64,000 nucleotides of DNA. Origin: Clostridia bacterium. Its GTDB lineage: Bacteria > Bacillota > Clostridia > Oscillospirales > CAG-272. The position numbers and the translations under genes are program-made. Numbering within the stretch: position 1 is the stretch's first letter; every line of letters begins with the position of its first letter. Location of the stretch: positions 27,899 through 91,898 of the forward strand of contig JAFSSP010000031.1 of the NCBI GenBank assembly GCA_017450945.1, given 5' to 3'. The notes under the pieces are model-generated. The model made no database searches, was not told the origin of the DNA, and was given only the letters and a program-made list of their open reading frames with translations. Below are positions 9,659 through 16,350 of the stretch, one piece after another.

Positions 9659-10426
9659 TCAGCCGATCCTGCGCCGCTCGTAAAGGCGAACGGTCAAAAA
9701 CAAGAAGAGAAAGGACAAGGATACATAGTAAATGAGCGCGGCATAATCGAAAATGCCGGTAGAGAAAAGCGAGAAGCGGCTGAATACCGAGATCCAGTCG
9801 AGGATACTGCGAAAGGCGACCGCAAGAATCGGCTGTCCGTCGGCATCCGACATGCGCCCCAAAAGAGAGGCACCGAGCATGAGCGAGATCGCCCCCACCG
9901 TTACCACTGCTGCCGAGAGCTGATTCTCGGTCAGCGCCGAAATGAGCGTTCCCAGCGCAATGAGCGCCGCGCCGAGAAGAAGCACCGCGATCAGACTGCC
10001 GAAGATCTCGCCGCTGACCGGCCCGATCTGGCGCATTTGCGAAGAAGTTCCGTTTCGTTCCGCCGCGCCGATCACATAAAGCGGGATCAAATTGACGCAG
10101 GAAACAAGAATGCCGCCGGCAAACACGGTCAGCGCCGCAAAATACTTGCCGAGCACCATGCCGGTCAAGGATACCGGCGAGGTCAAAAGAAGCTGCTCGG
10201 TCTTCATTTTCCGCTCCTCGGCAAAGAGCCGCATGGTCAGGAGCGGAATGAGAACGATAAAGGAAAGGATCAGATTGGAATAATAGTTTGCCGTTGAATA
10301 GCTGCCCGCAATGAGCGTGGTATAGCAGCAAAGGAAGGCGGAAAACGCAAGAAAGACCCCAAGGTAAATATACCCGATGGGATTGACAAAATAGGAACGC
10401 AGTTCCTTTTTGTAAATGGCTTTCAT
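9659..10426 (-). CDS. ABC-2 type transporter permease
   Basis: 255-aa protein with 6 TM helices starting MKAIYKKELRSYFVNPIGYIYLG, typical of ABC-2 (GldF-like) permeases. It overlaps the ATPase stop by 4 nt. Confidence 0.8.
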   Translation of the reverse strand: MKAIYKKELRSYFVNPIGYIYLGVFLAFSAFLCCYTTLIAGSYSTANYYSNLILSFIVLIPLLTMRLFAEERKMKTEQLLLTSPVSLTGMVLGKYFAALTVFAGGILVSCVNLIPLYVIGAAERNGTSSQMRQIGPVSGEIFGSLIAVLLLGAALIALGTLISALTENQLSAAVVTVGAISLMLGASLLGRMSDADGQPILAVAFRSILDWISVFSRFSLFSTGIFDYAALIYYVSLSFLFLFLTVRLYERRRIG

Positions 10427-11484
10427 TCGGTCTTTTCCTCCTCTCCCTGCTTCTTTGCGGCGGCTTCAAACAGTTCCTTGCCCGCGTCGGTCTCGGCCGA
10501 GGCACGTCCGCGGTTGCGCCTGGGCGCGCGCCTGCGTGCCGAAGCGGCTTCCTCCGCCGTGTCCACGACCGAAAGGAACACCTCTTCGAGATTGACGCCG
10601 AGCGTCTCCATGCCCACAAGCGGGTAATCCTTTTCTGCAAGCGTGTAAAAGAGCTTTTTGCGCAGATCCACTCCGTCGCCGCTCTCAACAAGATAGGTGT
10701 AGGAATCCTCGTCCCGCTCGGAAAGAACTTCCGCGCGACTCACGCCGGGGATCTTTTCCAACAGTGCCAGAACCTCTTTTTGCGGGCCTGCGATCTTCAA
10801 CTTAAAGCGTCTTGTGCGCGCGGTCATACGGGCAATGTTCTCGGTTCTCTCGTCGGCAACAAGTTTTCCCTTGTTGATAATGAGGATCCTGTCACAGACC
10901 GCCTGCACTTCCTGCAGGATATGTGTCGAAAGGATCACCGTGTGACTGCGGCCAAGGCCGCGGATGAGGTTGCGGATCTCGATGATCTGCTTGGGATCCA
11001 GTCCCACGGTCGGCTCGTCAAACACCAGCACCGCCGGGTCGCCCACCAGAGCGCCCGCAATGCCGACTCTCTGCTTATAGCCCTTGGAGAGCGTCTTGAT
11101 GAGCTTTTTGCGGCACTCGTAGACGCGGGCACTCTCGGCCACCTCGCGCAGATGCTTTTCGCGGTCGGCCTTGCAGCCTTTTAATTCATAGAGAAAGTTC
11201 AGGTACTCCTCCACCGAAAGATCGGGATAGAGCGGCGGCTGTTCGGGCAGGTATCCGATCTTGCGCTTGGCGGCAATCGGATCCTTTTGAATATCCAGTC
11301 CGTCGATCGAAACCGATCCGGAGGTCGGCGCCAGGTAGCCGGTCAGAATATTCATAGCGGTACTCTTCCCCGCGCCGTTTGGGCCGAGGAAGCCCACGAT
11401 CTCGCCCTTTTCCACCGAAAAGCTGACGTCGGACAGCGCGTTGGTCGCTCCGTAATTTTTGACAAGATGTTCCACTTTGATCAT
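10423..11484 (-). CDS. ABC transporter ATP-binding protein (ABC-2 subfamily) with charged C-terminal tail
   Basis: Walker A GPNGAGKST, signature LSKGYKQRVGIAGAL, Walker B VLVFDEPTVGLD. The last ~50 aa are Arg/Glu/Ala-rich. Confidence 0.9.
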   Translation of the reverse strand: MIKVEHLVKNYGATNALSDVSFSVEKGEIVGFLGPNGAGKSTAMNILTGYLAPTSGSVSIDGLDIQKDPIAAKRKIGYLPEQPPLYPDLSVEEYLNFLYELKGCKADREKHLREVAESARVYECRKKLIKTLSKGYKQRVGIAGALVGDPAVLVFDEPTVGLDPKQIIEIRNLIRGLGRSHTVILSTHILQEVQAVCDRILIINKGKLVADERTENIARMTARTRRFKLKIAGPQKEVLALLEKIPGVSRAEVLSERDEDSYTYLVESGDGVDLRKKLFYTLAEKDYPLVGMETLGVNLEEVFLSVVDTAEEAASARRRAPRRNRGRASAETDAGKELFEAAAKKQGEEEKTE

Positions 11485-11702
11485 CGGTACAGAATCCTTT
11501 CCCGGGTAATCTTATTATCTGTTTGATTTTATCATAAAAATATGAATGCAGTATGAACAGCAGGTGAAAAGCGTCCTTCGGGAAATTCTTTTTTGTGGAA
11601 TTGTGCGGCTTTTTTGACAAAAGCTGAATAAAGCGGCTCCATGAGGCAAGAATAAGGATAACAGGCTGCCGTCGGCAGTCGGATAAGAAAAGGAGTTTCA
11701 CC

Positions 11703-12491
11703 ATGAATTTCAAAGAAGATTTCCGAAAGAAATTAAAAAAGATCAAAGCGGAGCAGGTCATTTCGATCGTGGCGGTCATCATCGTTCTGACTCTGGCAGT
11801 CGTTCTGACGATCACCGCCGTCAACAACCGCGCAAAGAAGAACAGTCTCCCCGAGCCCGACTTCAGCGGCGGCGAACAGACCGAGACCAAAACGCCTCCC
11901 AAGACCGATACGCCCAAGGAGAACGAAGAGCCGAAGAAGACCGAGCAACCCGACACGACGCCGACCGTAAAAGAAGAGACGCCTCCCTCGCTGTCCCTGC
12001 CGGTCTCGGGCAGTCTCTCAAAAACGCACAGCGTAGACGTACAGGTCTTTTCCAAGACCATGAACGAGTACAGAACGCATCTCGGCGTTGACATTTCCAC
12101 CACCGAAGAGGCCGACGTGCGCGCTTCGGCCGACGGCGTGGTGCAAAAGGTCTGGGAGGATCCCATGATGGGACAGTGCGTGGCGCTCACCCATGCCGGC
12201 GAATGCGTCACCGTCTATAAAAATCTTGCCGCCACGCTTGCCGAAGGGATTGAAGAAGGGGCAACCGTCCGTGCGGGACAACTTCTCGGCAAGGTCGGCG
12301 ACAGCGCCATGATGGAGATTGCGGAAGAGCCGCATCTGCACATGGAGGTCACCGTAAAGGGCCTGCAGGTCGATCCGATGGAATATTTCAGCCGCGCGGC
12401 CCTCGAGGATCTGACGCAGGGGGACAACGGCTTTGAAGACCCGGACGCCTCGGCAACTCCTCCCGAGACAACGACTCCCGCCGCAAAATAA
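11703..12491 (+). CDS. Membrane-anchored M23/LytM metallopeptidase (SpoIIQ-like architecture)
   Basis: N-terminal TM, a Pro/Glu/Lys/Thr-rich linker, then a LytM domain with intact HxxxD (HLGVD) and HxH (HLHME) zinc ligands. Confidence 0.85.
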   Translation: MNFKEDFRKKLKKIKAEQVISIVAVIIVLTLAVVLTITAVNNRAKKNSLPEPDFSGGEQTETKTPPKTDTPKENEEPKKTEQPDTTPTVKEETPPSLSLPVSGSLSKTHSVDVQVFSKTMNEYRTHLGVDISTTEEADVRASADGVVQKVWEDPMMGQCVALTHAGECVTVYKNLAATLAEGIEEGATVRAGQLLGKVGDSAMMEIAEEPHLHMEVTVKGLQVDPMEYFSRAALEDLTQGDNGFEDPDASATPPETTTPAAK

Positions 12492-12494
12492 GTC

Positions 12495-12538
12495 AAAAAA
12501 ATCCGGGCGAACCGTAGATCGGTTCGCCCGGATTTTTT
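12495..12538. terminator. Bidirectional rho-independent terminator
   Basis: A6, then ATCCGGGCGAACC, a 7-nt loop, GGTTCGCCCGGAT, then T5. The stem is 13 bp and perfect. It serves the convergent M23 gene and the small-peptide operon. Confidence 0.8.
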
Positions 12539-12729
12539 CAAACGATGTCCGAGACCGTCTGCAAGGCTTCCCCGGTGCGCGAGAGGATCTTCTCCACCCG
12601 TCGAACAGCGCGCAGCGTTCGCATCTTTTTGGAATTCCATAACAGATAGGCTCCGGCACCGAGCAGTGCGCTGCCTCCAAAAAGACCTGCCGTGATGATA
12701 AGAGATTTTTTGTTTTTCATGTGATTCAT
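12538..12729 (-). CDS. 63-aa single-TM peptide (YtxH-like or holin-like layout)
   Basis: Basic N-terminus, a Gly-zipper TM (IITAGLFGGSALLGAGAYLLW) and a charged amphipathic C-terminal helix. RBS AGGAAAGGA. It is the last gene of the operon facing the S24 repressor. Confidence 0.55.
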   Translation of the reverse strand: MNHMKNKKSLIITAGLFGGSALLGAGAYLLWNSKKMRTLRAVRRVEKILSRTGEALQTVSDIV

Positions 12730-12791
12730 TGCATTTTTTCCTTTCCTGTGGATTCCTTCATAGTATGCACAAACTTGGAAAAAAGCATACG

Positions 12792-13166
12792 CTACACTTT
12801 GCTTTTTCGCTTTTTGTAAGCGATCGACGCAAGAAACAGCCCCTTATCATGCAGCCGGTATCCGGTGCGGCGCGAAACGCCGAGCAGATCGGATACCCGC
12901 TCGACGCTGAGCCCCTTGATATAGCGATAATGAAGCACAAGCTTTGCCCTGCCGTTCGGCAAAGAGGAAATGAGAAGCCCGATCTCCATCATGCGACTTT
13001 TCCAGAAGGCCTCGTTGCCGGACAAAAGCACCTCGTCCACCGGATCGGGAAAGGGTGACGGATGCACCCGCTCGTACTGCCGTAGTTGCAGCATTTCAAC
13101 GCAATAGCGATATCCCGAGAGGTATTCCTGTATTTCCCTTCGATCGACCTCCTCAATACTGGCCAT
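12792..13166 (-). CDS. Sigma-70 region-4-like HTH protein (ArpU/DUF1492-like small activator)
   Basis: C-terminal LVLHYRYIKGLSVERVSDLLGVSRRTGYRLHDKGL matches the region 4.2 HTH pattern. Start chosen at MASIEEV (13166), preceded by GGGGGAGG, overlapping the upstream ORF by 14 nt. Confidence 0.6.
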   Translation of the reverse strand: MASIEEVDRREIQEYLSGYRYCVEMLQLRQYERVHPSPFPDPVDEVLLSGNEAFWKSRMMEIGLLISSLPNGRAKLVLHYRYIKGLSVERVSDLLGVSRRTGYRLHDKGLFLASIAYKKRKSKV

Positions 13167-13404
13167 CCGGCAACCTCCCCCAGGCCTCAAAGCCCTGGTC
13201 GAGCATCCAGTCGGTCTCGTCTGTTTCGCAAATCCGTAAAAAGTCTTGGGCCGGAGTGCTTAAAATGCAATACCTGCAATACGGAATTCCGTTTTTGACA
13301 TAGAACCTCCACTGTCTGTCAAGCGGCTCTCCGCAGGCGGCGCAGTGTGGGATCCCCTCTTCCGAAAAATCCTCCCGTATCCTGCTATCATAAGATTTTT
13401 TCAA
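13153..13404 (-). CDS. Small zinc-ribbon protein
   Basis: 83 aa with two CxxC pairs (CAAC...CRYC). TTG start at 13404, 8 nt after AAAGGAGG. Confidence 0.55.
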   Translation of the reverse strand: MKKSYDSRIREDFSEEGIPHCAACGEPLDRQWRFYVKNGIPYCRYCILSTPAQDFLRICETDETDWMLDQGFEAWGRLPDGQY

Positions 13405-13434
13405 TTTTTCATCCTCCTTTTTTCAAAAAATCTG

Positions 13435-13530
13435 TTGACAAGTTTTCCAAAATCCTGTATACTGTATTTTGTAGTACCAGTATAACGTATTTCCGAAATT
13501 TTGTCAATCACTTTTTCGCATTTCCGAAAT
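13435..13530. promoter_or_regulatory. Interlocked promoter pair with two ATTTCCGAAAT palindromes
   Basis: Plus strand: TTGACA 13435-13440, 17 nt, TATACT 13458-13463. Minus strand: TTGACA 13507-13502, 17 nt, TATACT 13484-13479. Palindromes lie at 13489-13499 and 13520-13530. Confidence 0.55.
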
Positions 13531-13603
13531 ATTCGTTACTTTTTGACAAAGAAATTGTCGAAACTTTGAGTATTTTGTCGAAACCCAAAATCAGGAGGTC
13601 TTT

Positions 13604-14233
13604 ATGGAGTATTCTGTTTTTGAACGCCTCCTTGCTTTGCGCAAGGTCAACGTCTCGCAAGTGGCGCGTGCCACCGGCATCGCCTCCTCCACCTTTACCG
13701 ACTGGAAGAACGGCCGCTCGGTCCCCAAAGCCGACAAGCTGGCCAAGATCGCAGATTATTTTTCGGTCAGCCTCGACGAGCTTCTCGGCACCGAGACCGG
13801 CAACCGCTCCAGCGAAGTCTCCTACCGCCATCTGCGCCAAAAGAAGATGGTTCCGGTCATTGGGGTGATCCGCGCCGGCTCGCCGATTGTTACCGACGAG
13901 ACGCTCATCGGCAAGGAATTTGCCGACGTGGACGACACCAACGAATATTTTTATCTCGAGGTCTGCGGCGACAGCATGAAGGATTGCGGCATTGTGGAAG
14001 GGACCTATGTGCTTTTCCACAAACAGCAGTACGCCGAGGACGGCGAGATCGTCGCCTGCCTTGTCGACGGCGAAAGCGCGACCGTCAAGCGCTTTCACAG
14101 AAAGAACCGCAAGATCATCCTCTCACCCGAGAACAAGGATTACGAGCCGATCCTCCTCTCGCCCGAGGATTTTGAAACCGGGCGCGCCCGCATCCTCGGC
14201 GTTGCCATTGAGGCCAAAACCAAGCTGTTATGA
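13604..14233 (+). CDS. XRE-HTH / peptidase S24 self-cleaving repressor (LexA/CI/HdiR-like)
   Basis: N-terminal HTH_3-type motif (VSQVARATGIASSTFTDWKNGRSVP), Ala-Gly cleavage site (VIRAGSP), catalytic Ser (CGDSM) and Lys (TVKRF). RBS AGGAGG. Confidence 0.9.
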   Translation: MEYSVFERLLALRKVNVSQVARATGIASSTFTDWKNGRSVPKADKLAKIADYFSVSLDELLGTETGNRSSEVSYRHLRQKKMVPVIGVIRAGSPIVTDETLIGKEFADVDDTNEYFYLEVCGDSMKDCGIVEGTYVLFHKQQYAEDGEIVACLVDGESATVKRFHRKNRKIILSPENKDYEPILLSPEDFETGRARILGVAIEAKTKLL

Positions 14234-16164
14234 TCGATCTTTCTGTCAACGAACTTTCCTTTTCGGTCGGCGTCTCTCCGATCTTGGAAAAGGTCTCCTT
14301 CTCTCTTTCCGAGGGCGACCGCATGGGAGTGATCGGCCGCAACGGATGCGGAAAATCCACGCTTTTGAACCTCATTTCGGGAAGGATCTCCCCCACCGAT
14401 GGGAACGTGTATCTTGCAAAGGGCAAGCGGATCGGCATTCTGACCCAGGACGGCGCGCTCTCCTGCGAAAATGCAGAGGAGACGATCCTTGATCGCATGT
14501 ACGACGCCTTTCCCCTGCTGATCGAACTGGAAGAAAAGCTCTCGGAGCTTGAAAAAAGGCTCTCCGGCGGCGACGAAAAGGACATCCGAGACTATGCCGA
14601 TCTGCACGAGAAATTCGTCAAAGGCGGAGGCCTCGAATTCCGCGGCCGCGCCGCCTCAATCCTACAAAAACTCGGATTTTCCAAGGAGCAATTCTCTCTC
14701 CCGGTCGCCGCACTCTCGGGCGGGCAAAAGACCAGGCTCGCGCTTGCCATTGAGCTTGCCCGCGCGCCCGAGATCCTGCTCCTCGACGAGCCGACCAACC
14801 ACCTTGATCTTGCCACGCTGACCTGGCTCGAGGATTACTTAAAAACCTATCCCGGCAGTGTGATGGTCGTCTCGCACGACCGCTATTTTCTCGACCGGGT
14901 AACAAACAAAACCCTCTCGATTGAGCGCCACAAGGCAAAGCTTTATAACGGCGGCTACACAAAAAGCATGGAACAGCGCCGCATCGACCGCGAGGTGGCC
15001 GAAAAGCAGTGGCGCGACCAGCAAAAGGAGATCGCGCGGCAAAAGGCCTATATTGCCCAGCAGAGGGCCTGGAACCGCGAGCGCAACATCATTGCCGCCG
15101 AGAGCCGCCAAAAGCTCCTCGACAAAATGGAGCTTGTCGACCGTCCCGAGGCCGAGGAAAAATCGATCCGCATGACCTTTCGCGAGGACATTCCCTCGGG
15201 GCAGGATGTGCTCACGGTCAAAAATCTTTCCATGAGTTATGGAAGCCACACGCTCTTTCGGGATCTCTCTTTCCTCGTCCGCAGGGGCGAGCGGATCCTC
15301 GTCATCGGCCCCAACGGGTGCGGAAAGTCCACGCTCGTGCGCCTGCTGCTCGGCAAACTCTCCCCCACAGGCGGCAAGGTGGAGTACGGCTATAACCTCA
15401 AAATCGGCTACTACGATCAGGAAAACCAAAACCTGTCGCCCCAAAAGACGGTGCTCGCAGAGCTTTGGGACGCTTACCCGACCCTGACCGAGACTGAGGT
15501 CAGAAACACGCTCGGGCTTTTTCGCTTCACCGGCGACGACGTCTTCAAGACCGTATCTGTCCTCTCGGGCGGCGAGCGGGCAAGACTGACGCTTGCCAAG
15601 CTCTTGCTTGCCAAGACCAATTTTCTCGTCCTCGACGAGCCGACCAACCACCTCGACCTTGACACCAAAGAGGTGCTGGAGGGCGCGCTCGCAAAGTTTT
15701 CCGGCACGCTTTTGATCGTCTCGCACGACCGCTATCTCGTTGAGCATCTGGCAACGCGGATTCTCGAACTGCATCCGGGCTTCCCCTTCCCCGGCGACCT
15801 GCTCGACTTCCCGGTCGAACACGTCGGCTCTTCCTACACCGAGTTTTCGCTCTACAAGGAAGCAAGACGCGCCGAGCGGGCGCAAAATGCCCCCGCGGAA
15901 GCCTCGCAAAACAAACCGGTCTCCTCGCAAAAGGAGCAGTATCTCAAAAAGAAGCAGGCCGAGGCCGAGGAGCGCAAACGCGCCGCCGCCCTCGAACGCG
16001 CAAAAAAAGAAGCCGCCTCTCTGGAAGAGGAGCTTGCAGGGCTCGAAGAAAAGCTCTACGGCGGCGACGGCCTTTCGGACTACCTCCTTGCCGCCGAACT
16101 CGAAACGCGCAAAACCACCGTCGAGGAGCGCCTAATGGAGCTGTATGAGATGATGGAAGAATAA
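14230..16164 (+). CDS. ABC-F family ATPase (two ABC domains, C-terminal coiled coil)
   Basis: Two Walker A motifs (GRNGCGKST, GPNGCGKST), two signatures (LSGGQKTR, LSGGERAR), no TM segment, a basic interdomain linker and an Ala/Glu/Lys coiled-coil tail. Its ATG overlaps the repressor TGA. Confidence 0.9.
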   Translation: MIDLSVNELSFSVGVSPILEKVSFSLSEGDRMGVIGRNGCGKSTLLNLISGRISPTDGNVYLAKGKRIGILTQDGALSCENAEETILDRMYDAFPLLIELEEKLSELEKRLSGGDEKDIRDYADLHEKFVKGGGLEFRGRAASILQKLGFSKEQFSLPVAALSGGQKTRLALAIELARAPEILLLDEPTNHLDLATLTWLEDYLKTYPGSVMVVSHDRYFLDRVTNKTLSIERHKAKLYNGGYTKSMEQRRIDREVAEKQWRDQQKEIARQKAYIAQQRAWNRERNIIAAESRQKLLDKMELVDRPEAEEKSIRMTFREDIPSGQDVLTVKNLSMSYGSHTLFRDLSFLVRRGERILVIGPNGCGKSTLVRLLLGKLSPTGGKVEYGYNLKIGYYDQENQNLSPQKTVLAELWDAYPTLTETEVRNTLGLFRFTGDDVFKTVSVLSGGERARLTLAKLLLAKTNFLVLDEPTNHLDLDTKEVLEGALAKFSGTLLIVSHDRYLVEHLATRILELHPGFPFPGDLLDFPVEHVGSSYTEFSLYKEARRAERAQNAPAEASQNKPVSSQKEQYLKKKQAEAEERKRAAALERAKKEAASLEEELAGLEEKLYGGDGLSDYLLAAELETRKTTVEERLMELYEMMEE

Positions 16165-16174
16165 AAGAAAAATG

Positions 16175-16336
16175 CGGGAAAACCCTTTTTTGAAAAAAAG
16201 AGGTTTTCCCGCACCTTTTCCGAAAAAACGAACAATAGAAAAAAGCACTTGCCTGACTCTACAGCGACGGAAAGTAAATCGGTCAAAGCTTTTGAAAGAG
16301 GTGCGGAGGAAACTTTTCTCGAAAAGTTTCCTCCGC
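16175..16336. repeat. Composite two-hairpin terminator-like element (copy 1)
   Basis: One hairpin is GCGGGAAAACC...GGTTTTCCCGC (16175-16212). The other is GCGGAGGAAACTTTTC..GAAAAGTTTCCTCCGC (16303-16336). The element sits between the convergent ABC-F and valS genes. Confidence 0.75.
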
Positions 16337-16350
16337 ATTTCTTCTTTCTT

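Noticed and set aside
9306-12211. 461-aa (9306-10691) and 341-aa (11186-12211) minus-strand ORFs
   Set aside because: They are alternative-frame or antisense readings across the ABC-2 permease and ATPase genes and the M23 gene. The translations are Arg/Ser/Cys/Gly-rich with no motifs, and the overlapping genes have strong signatures.
12538-14233. Prophage or integrated mobile element, suggested by a CI-like repressor plus an ArpU/sigma-like gene
   Set aside because: No integrase, excisionase, replication, terminase, capsid, tail or lysin genes occur within 10 kb on either side, and there are no att-like direct repeats. The flanks are housekeeping genes. I therefore report it as an orphan or domesticated switch rather than a mobile_element.
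13604-14233. Calling this gene canonical lexA
   Set aside because: The C-terminal S24 domain and Ala-Gly site fit LexA. The N-terminal domain is an XRE-type HTH_3 rather than the LexA winged helix, and no CGAAC-N4-GTTCG-type SOS box is present in the operator region.
14230-16164. Annotating the ABC-F as an antibiotic-resistance (ARE) factor
   Set aside because: Subfamily assignment needs a phylogeny or a linker-length comparison that I cannot run. The long C-terminal coiled coil looks more like the housekeeping Uup/YdiF-type proteins.
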